Assembly: GCA_034678705.1 (NCBI GenBank)
Contig: JAXDBP010000030.1
Coordinates: 50,162-114,161, forward strand
DNA from: Bellilinea sp.
GTDB taxonomy: Bacteria > Chloroflexota > Anaerolineae > Anaerolineales > Anaerolineaceae
DNA length: 64,000 nucleotides
Direction: 5' to 3'
In this document: positions 17,983-27,874 of the stretch, one piece after another
Position numbering within the stretch: the first letter of the stretch is position 1
Layout: the number at the start of each line of letters is the position of its first letter
Translations under genes and position numbers: made by a program
The notes under the pieces: model-generated
What the model saw: the letters and a program-made list of their open reading frames with translations, nothing else
Database searches by the model: none
Told to the model about the DNA's origin: nothing

Positions 17983-18321
17983 TCAGCCCAGCCCGCTGGT
18001 GAGGATGGACTGGATGCCCTTCTCTTTCAGCTCCGCGGCAATCTCGCGGATCGCGTCGCGGGTGTCGCCCTCCGGCGCGGCGCTCTCGCCCAGCTCGCGG
18101 CTGGCCTTGAGGATGCGCGCCAGGTGGTCGCTCGCCTCCGAAACGGCTTTGAGCGTCCTGAGCAGCTCGTCGAGCGAATCGGCCTGGTCGACCCTGGCCT
18201 TCGCCTCGCGGATCAGCAGGCGTACCAGGCGGATCTCCTGGCTGAGCGGGTTTTTCGCCTCGATCGATTTGCGCCGGGGGGTTTTGGGCTGGGCGGGGGT
18301 GGGGTGGGGTTCAGGGGGCAT
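17983..18321 (-). CDS. Small coiled-coil protein (possible small terminase or scaffold)
   Basis: Start taken at MPPEPHP (ATG 18321). Position upstream of TerL. No motif recognised. Confidence 0.4.
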   Translation of the reverse strand: MPPEPHPTPAQPKTPRRKSIEAKNPLSQEIRLVRLLIREAKARVDQADSLDELLRTLKAVSEASDHLARILKASRELGESAAPEGDTRDAIREIAAELKEKGIQSILTSGLG

Positions 18322-18521
18322 GGCTTGACACCGGTGATATAATAGAAAATATGTTCTGTTTTCAGCGTCAGTATGCCACACACTCGGGCTGCAAGACAAC
18401 CTGCAGTTATCTGCAACCCGATCAGCAGGTACTGGAAGACACAGGGTTGGACCGCGGTCTCTTCAAATCAGGTACAATTAGAGGCGCATGGTGTAAATTA
18501 GCTTTAATAACGGAGGTTCTC

Positions 18522-19103
18522 GTGAATCCAATGATCTCTCATTCACTCGAGTCGCTCGAAATTCACCCGGTCACGCCCGAGCGCTGGCCTGACATGCAGC
18601 AATTGTTCAGTACACACCGCGTCTCGGGCGGCTGCTGGTGCATGTGGTGGCGAATCCCGCGCAGCGAGTTCAACAAGGGCGGCGCGAGCAACCGCCAGGC
18701 GATGGAGAACCTGATCCACAGCGGCGTCATCCCCGGGCTGCTGGCTTACCTGGACGGCGTCCCAGCCGGCTGGATTTCGATCGGTCCGCGCGATGAGTAC
18801 GGCGCGCTGGAGCGCTCGACCAAATTCAAGCGGCTGGACGATAAGCCGGTCTGGTCGATCGTTTGTTTTTTCATAGGCAAACCGTATAGAGGGCGCGGGC
18901 TGATGGAGCCGCTGATCCGCGCCGCGGTAACTTACGCCCGCGAACACGGCGCGAGAGTCATCGAGGCTTATCCGGTCGATCCTCCGGGCAGGGTATCCGC
19001 CGACAGCCTGTTCACTGGCCTGGCCAAGGTCTTCGCCGAGATCGGCTTCGTCGAGATGACCCGCCCCTCGCCCACCCGTCCAATTCTGCGCTTCGTCCTT
19101 TGA
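18522..19103 (+). CDS. GNAT family N-acetyltransferase
   Basis: GWISIGPRDEY...FFIGKPYRGRGLMEPLIRAAVTYAREHG. GGAGG RBS 5 nt before GTG 18522, with an alternative ATG at 18531. Confidence 0.8.
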   Translation: MNPMISHSLESLEIHPVTPERWPDMQQLFSTHRVSGGCWCMWWRIPRSEFNKGGASNRQAMENLIHSGVIPGLLAYLDGVPAGWISIGPRDEYGALERSTKFKRLDDKPVWSIVCFFIGKPYRGRGLMEPLIRAAVTYAREHGARVIEAYPVDPPGRVSADSLFTGLAKVFAEIGFVEMTRPSPTRPILRFVL

Positions 19104-19125
19104 TCTCCAACAGAAAGAGGCAGTC

Positions 19126-19866
19126 ATAACCGAGCTGATCTATCAGACTGACAGTTATTGCCAGCAGTTCGACGCGGTGGCGGAGGCGGTCGACGCGGGC
19201 AACCGCGCGGTGCTGCTCGACCGCAGCGCCTTCTACCCCGGCGGGGGCGGGCAGCCGGCCGACAGCGGCATATTGAGCGCAGAGGACCTGAGCTGGCCGG
19301 TGCTGCGCGCGCGCAAAGGGCCGGAGGGGGTCTGGCACCTGCTCGACGGGCAGGCTGAGCTGCCTCGGGTGGGTGCGGCGCTGCGCGGGCAGCTCGACTG
19401 GCCGCGCCGCTATCAGTTGATGCGCACCCACACCGCCCTGCACATCCTCTGCGGAGTGGTATTTCGCGACTACGGCGCACTGGTCACCGGCGGCGACATG
19501 GAGCCGCTCAAGGGACGCATGGACTTCGAATTCGAGAACCTGACCCACGACCTGGTGGCGGTTATCGAGCAGGCGGTCAACCGCGAGGTCGCCGCTGCAC
19601 GGCCGGTGCGGGTGAAAATCCTGCCGCGCGAGCAGGCTTTCCAGATTCCCGACCTGATTCGCACGAAGATCAACCTGCTGCCGCCGGAGATCAAGGAGGT
19701 TCGCACAGTCGAGCTGGTCGGGCTGGATTTGCAGGCCGACGGCGGCACCCACGTGGCCAACACAAGTGAGGTGGGCAGGATCCGCGTGGTGGATTACAAG
19801 AGCAAGGGCAGGATCAACAAGCGCATCTACATCGAGATGGATCAGAATTCAAGCTTTCCCGAGTAA
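19126..19866 (+). CDS. alaX: Alanyl-tRNA editing protein AlaX-type (Thr/Ala-tRNA synthetase second additional domain)
   Basis: TELIYQTDSYCQQFDA...FYPGGGGQPADSG...HTALHIL...GGTHV. Homology begins upstream of the first canonical start (GTG 19177). An ATA at 19126 follows an AAAGAGG RBS. Confidence 0.7.
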   Translation: MTELIYQTDSYCQQFDAVAEAVDAGNRAVLLDRSAFYPGGGGQPADSGILSAEDLSWPVLRARKGPEGVWHLLDGQAELPRVGAALRGQLDWPRRYQLMRTHTALHILCGVVFRDYGALVTGGDMEPLKGRMDFEFENLTHDLVAVIEQAVNREVAAARPVRVKILPREQAFQIPDLIRTKINLLPPEIKEVRTVELVGLDLQADGGTHVANTSEVGRIRVVDYKSKGRINKRIYIEMDQNSSFPE

Positions 19867-19999
19867 TTGCGGCAAATCCAGCGGGAAAACATCGCTTCGT
19901 TCGGCTGCGCCTTATTTCAAATCTCCATTACCGCAAACCGCAAGGAGATCCAGATGATCATAATCTGGATCTCCTTGTACCCACTCACCCCGCATGTAA

Positions 20000-20620
20000 T
20001 TATTGCTCGTTGATCAGTTTCTCGAGGATCGGGCGGGCGGCTTGCAGGGCGCGCGCCCTGTGGCTGATGCGGTTCTTGATCTCCGGGCCGAGCTCGGCCA
20101 TCGTCCCGCCGTACCTGGGGATGTAGAAGAGCGGGTCGTAGCCGAAGCCGTGCTCGCCGCGCTCCTCGCGGATGATGAAGCCCGGGCAGCGCCCTTCGGC
20201 GGTCTGTATTTCCCCCTTCAGGTCAGCAATCGCGACATAGCAGCGGAACTGCGCCGGCCAGCCGGGGCAGTTGACCGGGACGGGAATGCCGCGCAGCCGC
20301 TCGAGCAGGTAGGCGCGCCGGTCGGCGTCCTTTGCGCCTGGTTTGGGCGAGAAGCGGGCTGAGCGGAGCCCGGGCGCGCCGTCCAGCGCTTCCACCTCCA
20401 GGCCGGAATCGTCCGCCAGGGTGATCATCCCGCTGGCCTGCCAGTAGGCTCTGGCTTTCAGCGAGGCGTTCTCCGCATAACTTCCGCCGGTCTCGTCGAC
20501 ATGCAATTGCAGGCCGATATCTTCCGGCAGGACCAACTCGAACTGCAAGTCGGCCAGCACCGCCTGGATTTCGACCAGCTTGCCGGGATTAGTGCTTGCC
20601 AGCAGGAGGCGCATCCCCAA
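20000..20620 (-). CDS. rdgB: RdgB/HAM1 non-canonical purine NTP pyrophosphatase
   Basis: LLASTNPGKLVEI...DDSGLEV..GAPG..SAR...FGYDPLF. Confidence 0.85.
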   Translation of the reverse strand: MGMRLLLASTNPGKLVEIQAVLADLQFELVLPEDIGLQLHVDETGGSYAENASLKARAYWQASGMITLADDSGLEVEALDGAPGLRSARFSPKPGAKDADRRAYLLERLRGIPVPVNCPGWPAQFRCYVAIADLKGEIQTAEGRCPGFIIREERGEHGFGYDPLFYIPRYGGTMAELGPEIKNRISHRARALQAARPILEKLINEQ

Positions 20621-20654
20621 TTCCTTTAATATTTATAATATTAATCATAAAAAG

Positions 20655-20683
20655 TTGACTTGTCAGACTCCTCATGCTATAAT
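20655..20683 (+). promoter_or_regulatory. Sigma-70-type promoter
   Basis: TTGACT, 17-nt spacer, TATAAT, about 38 nt upstream of the GTG start of the DUF177 gene. Confidence 0.5.
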
Positions 20684-20720
20684 CTCTTTGTTCGCCAATT
20701 ATACCGACAATCTCACGCCC

Positions 20721-21200
20721 GTGACCCAGTCTCGCTACCCGCTGCGAATTAATGTTGGCTTTTTAATTTACCAGCCAATTGGCACGAACCGAGATTTCGA
20801 TTTTGATTTCCCGGCTGTTCAATTATCCCCGGATTTCGAGTTAACCAGCTTCACCGGTAAGGCCCACATCAGCAGAACCCCGCAGGGGCTGCTGGTTGAA
20901 GGGCAGTTTTCAGGAAACATGCTGCAAGAATGCGTTCGCTGTCTGGAGGAGTACGCACAGCCGTTAGAGACGAATTTTTCCGAATTATATTCCTTCCGCT
21001 ACCGGCGTAACAGCGAGTATGAGCTGTATGTGCCAGACGACGGTCAGATCGATCTGAGCCCCCTGGTGCGAGAATATCTGATGCTGGAGATGCCCATCAA
21101 ATCGATTTGCCGACCGGATTGCAAAGGCCTGTGCACCATCTGCGGTGAAAACCTGAATTTCACCATTTGCGAGCATCAGGCGCAGGGCGTGAGCGAGTAA
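20721..21200 (+). CDS. YceD/DUF177 family protein
   Basis: C-terminal CRPDCKGLCTICGENLN motif. Start set at the in-frame GTG downstream of the promoter. Confidence 0.75.
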   Translation: MTQSRYPLRINVGFLIYQPIGTNRDFDFDFPAVQLSPDFELTSFTGKAHISRTPQGLLVEGQFSGNMLQECVRCLEEYAQPLETNFSELYSFRYRRNSEYELYVPDDGQIDLSPLVREYLMLEMPIKSICRPDCKGLCTICGENLNFTICEHQAQGVSE

Positions 21201-21427
21201 TCACGGTTGGATTTCACCCACACTACTTAGGAAATCATTCAATACCTTTCGACTTTATTATGTCTTACCGCCAAGCAGCCCACGCGCCGGTCCGGCTCAC
21301 GATTCTGAACACCCTCTTGGAGCGTGAAAGATGAGCCGTTCGGATTCTCTCCACAAATCATGCGAGGGGCTGCACGGCGGCGCTGTTATTTTCGTTGAGC
21401 GGGGAAAGACCATGACAGGAGGACGGG

Positions 21428-22603
21428 GTGGCTAATCCAGGCAGGCGAAATCGTAGTTCAGAAATACTGGGCATGCTGCTTGAAAAAGCCGATGTACAGG
21501 GGTATCTGACCACGGATGATCTGATCGAGGTCTATCCGGATGTCAGCCGGGACGCCGAACGGCTGCAGGCGGTCATGGTCGCGCTGCGCCGCCGTGGTGT
21601 AGACATCCTCGACCGCGAGAGCGAAGCCACACAGGATTCGCTCCTCGAATCCGAGAACGAGCTCGAGCCTTACTACGGCATTGAATCTATCTCCAGCGAC
21701 GACACCATCGGCCTGTACTTGAAAGAAATGTCGCGCGTGCCGCTGCTTTCCAGCGACGAGGAGCTCGATCTGGCCAAGCGCATCGAGCTGGGCCGCTTTT
21801 CCAAACAGGCGCTGGAGCGGATGAACGGGCGCGCCTCGGCGCTGCGCCGCCAGGATCTCGAGCAGAAGGTCGCCGACGGCGAGCTGGCCCGCGAGCACCT
21901 GATCAAGGCCAACACCCGCCTGGTGGTCAGCATCGCCAAGCGTTACATCGGGCGCGGCGTGCCCTTCCTCGACCTGATCCAGGAGGGCAACCTGGGTCTG
22001 ATGAAGGCGGTCGAAAAGTACGAGTACCGCCGCGGCTTTCGCTTCTCGACCTACGCCACCTGGTGGATCCGCCAGACGATCACCCGCTCGATCGCCGACC
22101 AGGGCCGCACCATCCGCGTGCCGGTGCACATGGTCGACCGCATCCGTCAGCTCTACCGGCTGACCCACGAAATGGAGCAGAAGCTTGGCCGCGCGCCCAA
22201 CAACGAGGAGCTGGCCGAAGCCATGGGCGTCACCCCCGGTAAAATCGACTGGATGATGCGCGTTTCCTGGCTGCCCCTCTCGCTGGAAAGCCCGATCAAT
22301 GACGACGAGGAAGATTCCGAGCTGGGCATGTTCGTCGAGGATCAGTTGACCCCCTCGCCGATCCAGAGCGCTTACACCAAGATGCTGCGCGAAAAGATCG
22401 AGTCCGTCCTGGAGACACTGCCGCCGCGCGAGGCGCGCATCCTGCGTCTGCGCTTCGGTCTGGAGAACGGCCATACCTACACCCTTGAGGAGGTCGGTCA
22501 GAAGTTCGGCCTGACCCGCGAGCGCATCCGCCAGATCGAGAGCAAGGCGCTGCGCCGGCTGCGCCACCCGCGCCGATCGCGCCAGCTTAAAGAATACCTG
22601 TAA
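21428..22603 (+). CDS. rpoD: Primary RNA polymerase sigma factor (sigma-70 family)
   Basis: Regions 2-4 are recognisable: [27 protein letters not shown] and [19 protein letters not shown]. Confidence 0.9.
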   Translation: MANPGRRNRSSEILGMLLEKADVQGYLTTDDLIEVYPDVSRDAERLQAVMVALRRRGVDILDRESEATQDSLLESENELEPYYGIESISSDDTIGLYLKEMSRVPLLSSDEELDLAKRIELGRFSKQALERMNGRASALRRQDLEQKVADGELAREHLIKANTRLVVSIAKRYIGRGVPFLDLIQEGNLGLMKAVEKYEYRRGFRFSTYATWWIRQTITRSIADQGRTIRVPVHMVDRIRQLYRLTHEMEQKLGRAPNNEELAEAMGVTPGKIDWMMRVSWLPLSLESPINDDEEDSELGMFVEDQLTPSPIQSAYTKMLREKIESVLETLPPREARILRLRFGLENGHTYTLEEVGQKFGLTRERIRQIESKALRRLRHPRRSRQLKEYL

Positions 22604-22605
22604 TC

Positions 22606-23481
22606 TTACCCGGGGTCGCGCCGGATGAGCTGATCCTTGCCTGGCCTGCTTTCCGGCAGGCGGGTGGAGGTCTGCTTGCTCGCCGGCAGCGGAAAGGGCA
22701 GGGCGATCTGGTCGGCGTCGTTGTCCACTGCCGCCAGGAACTGCGCCAGGCTGCTGGCCAGCCGCTGCGGCTGCTCCAGGACGGCCATGTGCCCGGCGTC
22801 CGGCAGCAGCTCCAGCCGCGACGACGGCAATTGCGCGGCCAGGTAGCGCGATAACTCCGGCGGGGTAAGCCGGTCTTCCTGCCCGCAGGCGATGTAGGCC
22901 GGCGCCCGGATTCGCCCGAGCCGCTCGCGCAGGTCGAAGCGCGCGCAGGCCTTCCAGTCGCCGCAGACTACGCTCGGGCGGACGGCGCTCAATGCTGAGG
23001 CGCTGTGCTCGATCAAGCCCTGGTTCGTCGCTGCGGCGAACGACCTGTTCTGCAGGGATTGCAGCCCGGCCGGGTAGGAGTAGGCGTTGCTCAACTGCTC
23101 GAGCAGTCCGGCGGGCAGACTGAAATAAGCTCCGCTGGAGATCAGCCCCAAGCCGGCGACGTGCTGCGGAAAATCCGCCGCCAGCTGCAGCGCGACCGCC
23201 CCGCCCAGCGAGTGTCCGACGAAGACCGCCTGGAACAGGCCCAGCTCGGCCAGAAAGCTGACCACCGCCGCGCTGTACGCCTCGACGGATTGCAATCCGA
23301 TCCCCGCCGAGCGGCCATGACCGGGTAAATCCAGCGCCAGCACAGTACGCCCGGGCAGGCGGCGCAGCTCGGCCGGCCAGCTGAGATGGCTGGCGCCCGC
23401 GCCGTGGATCAGCACCACTGGTTTTCTGGCGCTGTCACCCCCCTCAGACCGTGCGTAGTATAGACCGTCCGCGATGGGCAT
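22606..23481 (-). CDS. Alpha/beta hydrolase
   Basis: HGAGAS ... GHSLGG nucleophile elbow. Confidence 0.8.
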   Translation of the reverse strand: MPIADGLYYARSEGGDSARKPVVLIHGAGASHLSWPAELRRLPGRTVLALDLPGHGRSAGIGLQSVEAYSAAVVSFLAELGLFQAVFVGHSLGGAVALQLAADFPQHVAGLGLISSGAYFSLPAGLLEQLSNAYSYPAGLQSLQNRSFAAATNQGLIEHSASALSAVRPSVVCGDWKACARFDLRERLGRIRAPAYIACGQEDRLTPPELSRYLAAQLPSSRLELLPDAGHMAVLEQPQRLASSLAQFLAAVDNDADQIALPFPLPASKQTSTRLPESRPGKDQLIRRDPG

Positions 23482-23695
23482 GAGGTAAGTATCCCGTTGA
23501 ACGTACTGCTGAGAAACCAGTCAGCGCTGAAAATGGCTGGCAGGAAATTTTCTTTGGAACAAGGTAAATCTTATTGTATCAGATTTTATTCATCATGCAG
23601 CATGGCAACGCAAAAAAACCTTCGTTAATGCCAGGCAAATGTATATGGTTGCCGATTCGCGTTTTGTGAATAAAATACATTCAGGAGATGCGCAC

Positions 23696-24295
23696 ATGAC
23701 CGCAAGATTCTGGTGGGTGCTGCTATCAGTCGCGGCTTATGGGCTGATCCATTCGCTGCTCGCCTCGCAGCGGGTCAAGCTGGCCTTCGAGCGCTGGCTG
23801 GGGGAGGGAGTCAGGCGCTACTACCGCCTGGGCTTTTCGATCATCGGGCTGGTAACCTTCATGCCGGTGCTGGCCCTGGTCAACTTCCTGCCCGACCGGC
23901 GCATCTATGCCATCCCTTTGCCCTGGTCAGCGCTGACCGGCGCGCTGCAGGTTGTCGGTCTGGCCGGTCTGGTCTTCAGCGTGCTGCAGACCGGCCCGAC
24001 CCGCTTCCTCGGCCTGGACCTGGTGCTCGACCCGCGCCGCGGCCGGCGCGACCTGGTGGTGCGCGGCCTGTACCGCCGCGTGCGCCACCCGCTCTACACC
24101 TGCACACTGTTGATCCTCTGGCTGACACCCATCATGACCTGGAACCTGCTGGCGTTCAACCTGGGAGTGAGCGCCTACTTCATCATCGGCTCGCGTTACG
24201 AGGAGGACAAGCTGATCGAAGAGTACGGACAGGCATACGTCGAATACCGCCGGCGCACGCCGGCCTTCCTGCCGCGCCTGAAGCGTTCGGATTGA
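23696..24295 (+). CDS. ICMT/PEMT-type membrane methyltransferase family protein
   Basis: GLYRRVRHPLYTCTLLILW...EEDKLIEEYGQAYVEYRRRTP. ATG 23696 follows AGGAGA. Confidence 0.7.
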   Translation: MTARFWWVLLSVAAYGLIHSLLASQRVKLAFERWLGEGVRRYYRLGFSIIGLVTFMPVLALVNFLPDRRIYAIPLPWSALTGALQVVGLAGLVFSVLQTGPTRFLGLDLVLDPRRGRRDLVVRGLYRRVRHPLYTCTLLILWLTPIMTWNLLAFNLGVSAYFIIGSRYEEDKLIEEYGQAYVEYRRRTPAFLPRLKRSD

Positions 24296-24299
24296 AGCC

Positions 24300-26591
24300 G
24301 TGCCGCTGTTGTGGCTGGCGTCGGCCTTCCTGGCCGGCGTCGGATTGGGGTCTGTTTTTGATTTGCCCGCCTGGGCTTGGGGCGGGCTGTGCGCGCTGTC
24401 GATCGGGCTGGCGGTGCTGGAAGGGCGATTCTGGCGCAGATCGCCCGCCGAGCAGGCCTTGCGCCGCTACAGCCCACTGGCGCTGGGCGTGCTGCTGGCC
24501 GGTCTATTCGCAGGGGCGCTGCGCTTTACCCTGGCGCAGCCGCATTTCAACGCCGAGCACCTGGCCTGGTACAACAATCTGGGCCGGCTGAAGCTCTCCG
24601 GCTGGGTCTGCGGCGATCCTGACCGCAGGGAGAGCACGCTGCTGCTGCGCGTCTGCGCCGAGCGCATCCAGGTTCCCGGCAGCGCCGAAATCGACGCGCG
24701 AGGCAGGGCCGTGCTGATGCTCCCGCCAGGCGGCGACTGGCGCTACGGCGACCGGTTGGAGCTGTGGGGCCAGCCGACCACGCCGCCCGCTGATGATGAA
24801 TTTTCCTATCGCGATTACCTTTCCCGGCGCGGCATTTACAGCCTGTTCTCTTACCCGCAGGTGACCCGGCAAAGCGGTGTCTCGGGTAGCCCGGTGCTCA
24901 GGGCGATCTACGCCCTGCGCAGGAGCGCCTACATCACGCTCAACCGCATCTTCCCGCAGCCCGAGGCGGCCCTGCTGGCGGGCATCCTGCTTGGGCTGGA
25001 GCGCGACCTGCCGGAGAGCCTCGAGCGCGCCTTCCAGGACACCGGCACGGCTCACATCATCGCCATTTCAGGATTCAATATGTCCGTGCTGAGCGGGCTG
25101 TTCATCGCCCTCTTCAGCCGCTTTTTCCGGCGCGGCTGGGCCGCGCTGCTGGCCGCCGCGGCGGTGGGATTTTACACCGTGCTGGTGGGTGCTAACCCGG
25201 CGGTGGTTCGCGCGGCGCTGATGAGCAGCCTGGCCCTCTTCGGCCGACTGATCGGGCGTTCCTCCGCCGGGATGACCCCGCTGGCCTTCAGCGCGGCGGT
25301 GATGTGCCTGTTCGACCCGCGCCTGCCCTGGGACGTCAGCTTTAAGCTCTCCTTCACCGCAACGCTCGGGCTGGTGCTCTACGCCGAGCCGCTGCAGGCC
25401 GCCTTCGAGGATTGGGCCGCCCGCCGCTGGAATCCGACGCTCGCCCGCCGGCTGGCCGGCCCGCTCAGCGAGTATGTCCTGTTCACCCTGGCCGCCCAGG
25501 TGACCACCCTGCCGGTCACGCTGGTGCACTTCGGTCGGCTGTCGCTCGCTACCCTGCTGGCCAATCCGCTCATTCTGCCGGCACAGCCGCTGGTGATGAT
25601 CCTCGGCGGGATCGCGTTGATCACCGGACTGATCATCCCGCCCGCCGGGCAGGCGCTGGGCTGGCTGGCCTGGCCGCTGATCGCCTACACCATCCGCGCG
25701 GTTGAGCTGCTGGCGCGCATCCCTTCCGCGGCGTTGTCGGTCGGGCGGCTGGACGGCGGGTTCGCGCTGGGCTATTACGCGCTGTTGTTCGCCCTGACGC
25801 TGCCCAATAAGCCGTTTGCTGCGCTGCGGAAGAAACTGAAACCAGCCGCGCTGCTCACCGGGCTGGCGCTGCTGACTGTAGTCCTGTGGAGCGCCGCCCT
25901 GCGCCGCCCGGACGGACGTCTGCATCTGGTTTTACTGGATTCACCCGCAGGCCAGGCGGCGCTGGTCACCACGCCCGGCGGCAACCGTATATTGATCGGC
26001 GGCGCACCGGGAGGAAATGCGCTGGCGGGTCAACTCGGACGCGAAATCGGCCCGCTGCGCCGCGGCCTGGATGCGCTGGTCATTCCGTACGCCAGCGCCA
26101 GCCCGCTGGAGGGGCTGCCCGAGGTGGTCGAGCGGATGCCCGTTGCGGGAGTGTATTGGGCCATACCGCCGCCGGAGAAGCGCGCCGCCGAACGCCTGCG
26201 CGGGCTGCTGGCAGAGCGGCGCATCCCGGAGGCAGTCCTTGCCGGGAACGGCGCGCTGCGCCTGGACGACGGTGTGACTCTGCGCGTCCTAGCTGCCAAT
26301 AAGGAGGGCGCTGCGCTGAAGCTGGAGTACGGCGGGCTGCGCGTCTACTGGCCGACTGGCGCGCCGCCGGAGGACCTGCCCGACCCGGGCGGCAGCATCC
26401 TGCTGCTGAGCGAGGCAGGCTGGAAGGAAACCAAGCTAGAGGAGTGGCAGCGCGCCGGCCCGCAGGTGGTGGTCGCCTTTGGCCTGCCTCCTGGAGAGGT
26501 CCCGCCTGGCTGGCTGAGCACGGCTCACAACGGCCGGATAGAGATTGATTCGGATGGAAATACTATGACCATCCTGGCTGAAAAGCCTTAG
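24300..26591 (+). CDS. comEC: ComEC/Rec2 DNA internalisation-related competence protein
   Basis: 763-aa polytopic protein with a TGTAHIIAISGFNMSVL block and a C-terminal MBL-like domain. Confidence 0.85.
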   Translation: MPLLWLASAFLAGVGLGSVFDLPAWAWGGLCALSIGLAVLEGRFWRRSPAEQALRRYSPLALGVLLAGLFAGALRFTLAQPHFNAEHLAWYNNLGRLKLSGWVCGDPDRRESTLLLRVCAERIQVPGSAEIDARGRAVLMLPPGGDWRYGDRLELWGQPTTPPADDEFSYRDYLSRRGIYSLFSYPQVTRQSGVSGSPVLRAIYALRRSAYITLNRIFPQPEAALLAGILLGLERDLPESLERAFQDTGTAHIIAISGFNMSVLSGLFIALFSRFFRRGWAALLAAAAVGFYTVLVGANPAVVRAALMSSLALFGRLIGRSSAGMTPLAFSAAVMCLFDPRLPWDVSFKLSFTATLGLVLYAEPLQAAFEDWAARRWNPTLARRLAGPLSEYVLFTLAAQVTTLPVTLVHFGRLSLATLLANPLILPAQPLVMILGGIALITGLIIPPAGQALGWLAWPLIAYTIRAVELLARIPSAALSVGRLDGGFALGYYALLFALTLPNKPFAALRKKLKPAALLTGLALLTVVLWSAALRRPDGRLHLVLLDSPAGQAALVTTPGGNRILIGGAPGGNALAGQLGREIGPLRRGLDALVIPYASASPLEGLPEVVERMPVAGVYWAIPPPEKRAAERLRGLLAERRIPEAVLAGNGALRLDDGVTLRVLAANKEGAALKLEYGGLRVYWPTGAPPEDLPDPGGSILLLSEAGWKETKLEEWQRAGPQVVVAFGLPPGEVPPGWLSTAHNGRIEIDSDGNTMTILAEKP

Positions 26592-27008
26592 GATTTTAAT
26601 GGGGGATAGGTGGCGGTTATTGTGCCGGCTTAGCCCGGCTTTACCTGCCCGAAAACCAACACTTCCCTGTGCAAAGCTGGAGACCTACACGCCTGACAAT
26701 ATGTAAAAAGAATTTCAAGTCATTGGCGCTGCCCGCATCATTATCATCTCGGGGTAGAACGCGATTGTTTTCATCCGCATTCTGTTCGGTTCTTTAACGG
26801 TTTGAACCTTTACGATCCAAGGAAATGCACAAAATGAAGATAGAATTTTATTTCGGAAAGTAGTTGCCGAGAAGTAAGGGCGTCTACGCGTAAAACGTCT
26901 GCCACATGTTTCTATCCATAAAATTATTTATATTAAATTTCTTTTCGACAAGTACTATAGGTCTTAGGCAGGAATGTTTGCTCTTTAATTCCCAAGGAGA
27001 ATTAATAT

Positions 27009-27422
27009 TTATCTGTTTCTCTCAACATACATTTTGAAGTTATCCAGGATCGCCTGCCAGCCAGAACGCTGCATCTCATCAGAATTTTCATTTTCCGGAT
27101 CAAAGGTTTCCACAACCTTCACGCCTCCTGGCACTTTAGTAAATTCCACCCTCACATGCCGTCCGTCATCCATATCATATTCAATAAGCTGGTATTTTCT
27201 TACAGCAGTATAAAGTCCCGTGAAGTCGAAGCTCGCGCTTTTATCTTTGGCTGCCATCGTGGTTTTGAACTCTCCACCAACACGCACATCATTTTCGGCA
27301 GTTGGCGCTTCCCAGTCCTCCGAGGCAAAAGCCCAGCCGGTAATATGCTCGGGCTCATTCCAATATTCCCAGACTTTTTCAATGGGTGCGTTGATTGTGG
27401 TTTCTACTGTTATTGTTTTCAT
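27009..27422 (-). CDS. SRPBCC/AHSA1-like domain protein
   Basis: MKTITVETTINAPIEKVWEYWNEPEHI. Start at the internal ATG, which makes an ATGA overlap with the upstream paralogue. Confidence 0.75.
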   Translation of the reverse strand: MKTITVETTINAPIEKVWEYWNEPEHITGWAFASEDWEAPTAENDVRVGGEFKTTMAAKDKSASFDFTGLYTAVRKYQLIEYDMDDGRHVRVEFTKVPGGVKVVETFDPENENSDEMQRSGWQAILDNFKMYVERNR

Positions 27423-27874
27423 TTTGTTTCCGCGATTTCCTTTAACTTTTGCAACGCCTCTGGCCACATCTTGTTGAATACTTCTGTTTCATTTTCATCA
27501 ACATCTATATCTACCAGAACCTCGGTTGCCCCGGCTTTTTCTTTGAAAGAATAGTTTTCATAAGCCGGCGCCCATTTTCGCGCTTCATCGCTCGTGGTAT
27601 CCTCAACACCATTGTGAACGATTCCAAGGTGTTCAATAGAGATAAACTCATACGGTTTATTTTCAGCGATCCGGCTGACCATGCCTCCCTCCTCGCCGGT
27701 TTCGGGATTAGGCCCAAGAAAAAGTATCTTTGATCCCTTACTCCAGTCGCCTTTGTAATAGGAGCCTGGGTTAAAGACAGCAGTCCATTCGCGATAGGGC
27801 TTGTCATCCAGCATTACGCGCCACACTTTTTCCTTTGGCGCGTAAATTAACATTGAGAAATGTAATTTTTGCAT
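27419..27874 (-). CDS. SRPBCC/AHSA1-like domain protein
   Basis: SMLIYAPKEKVWRVMLDDKPYREW. Confidence 0.75.
   Translation of the reverse strand: MQKLHFSMLIYAPKEKVWRVMLDDKPYREWTAVFNPGSYYKGDWSKGSKILFLGPNPETGEEGGMVSRIAENKPYEFISIEHLGIVHNGVEDTTSDEARKWAPAYENYSFKEKAGATEVLVDIDVDENETEVFNKMWPEALQKLKEIAETK

Larger units (their letters stand above)
8374..18321 (-). mobile_element. Phage-derived head/lysis gene cluster (cryptic prophage remnant or GTA-like element)
   Basis: Co-directional, tightly packed genes: small ORF, TerL, portal, protease-capsid fusion, GH25 lysin, holin-like ORF, then four unknown ORFs. Cellular genes lie on both flanks. No integrase or replication genes. Confidence 0.6.

Noticed and set aside
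3-18321. PolB as the replication gene of the phage-like module (protein-primed small phage)
   Set aside because: PolB is separated from the module by about 6 kb of cellular genes in mixed orientation. No terminal-protein-like gene or inverted terminal repeats were seen, and the PolB motifs look degenerate.
16762-18342. 526-aa plus-strand ORF across the terminase region
   Set aside because: Antisense shadow of the TerL gene and the small ORF. No motifs, and a biased Arg/Ala/Gly composition.
20580-20720. Long 5' extension of the DUF177 ORF overlapping rdgB
   Set aside because: A near-consensus promoter (TTGACT-17-TATAAT) lies inside the extension. The in-frame GTG at 20721 gives the normal protein length.
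21458-22567. 369-aa ORF antisense to rpoD
   Set aside because: rpoD on the plus strand is unambiguous, so the antisense ORF is a GC-driven artefact.
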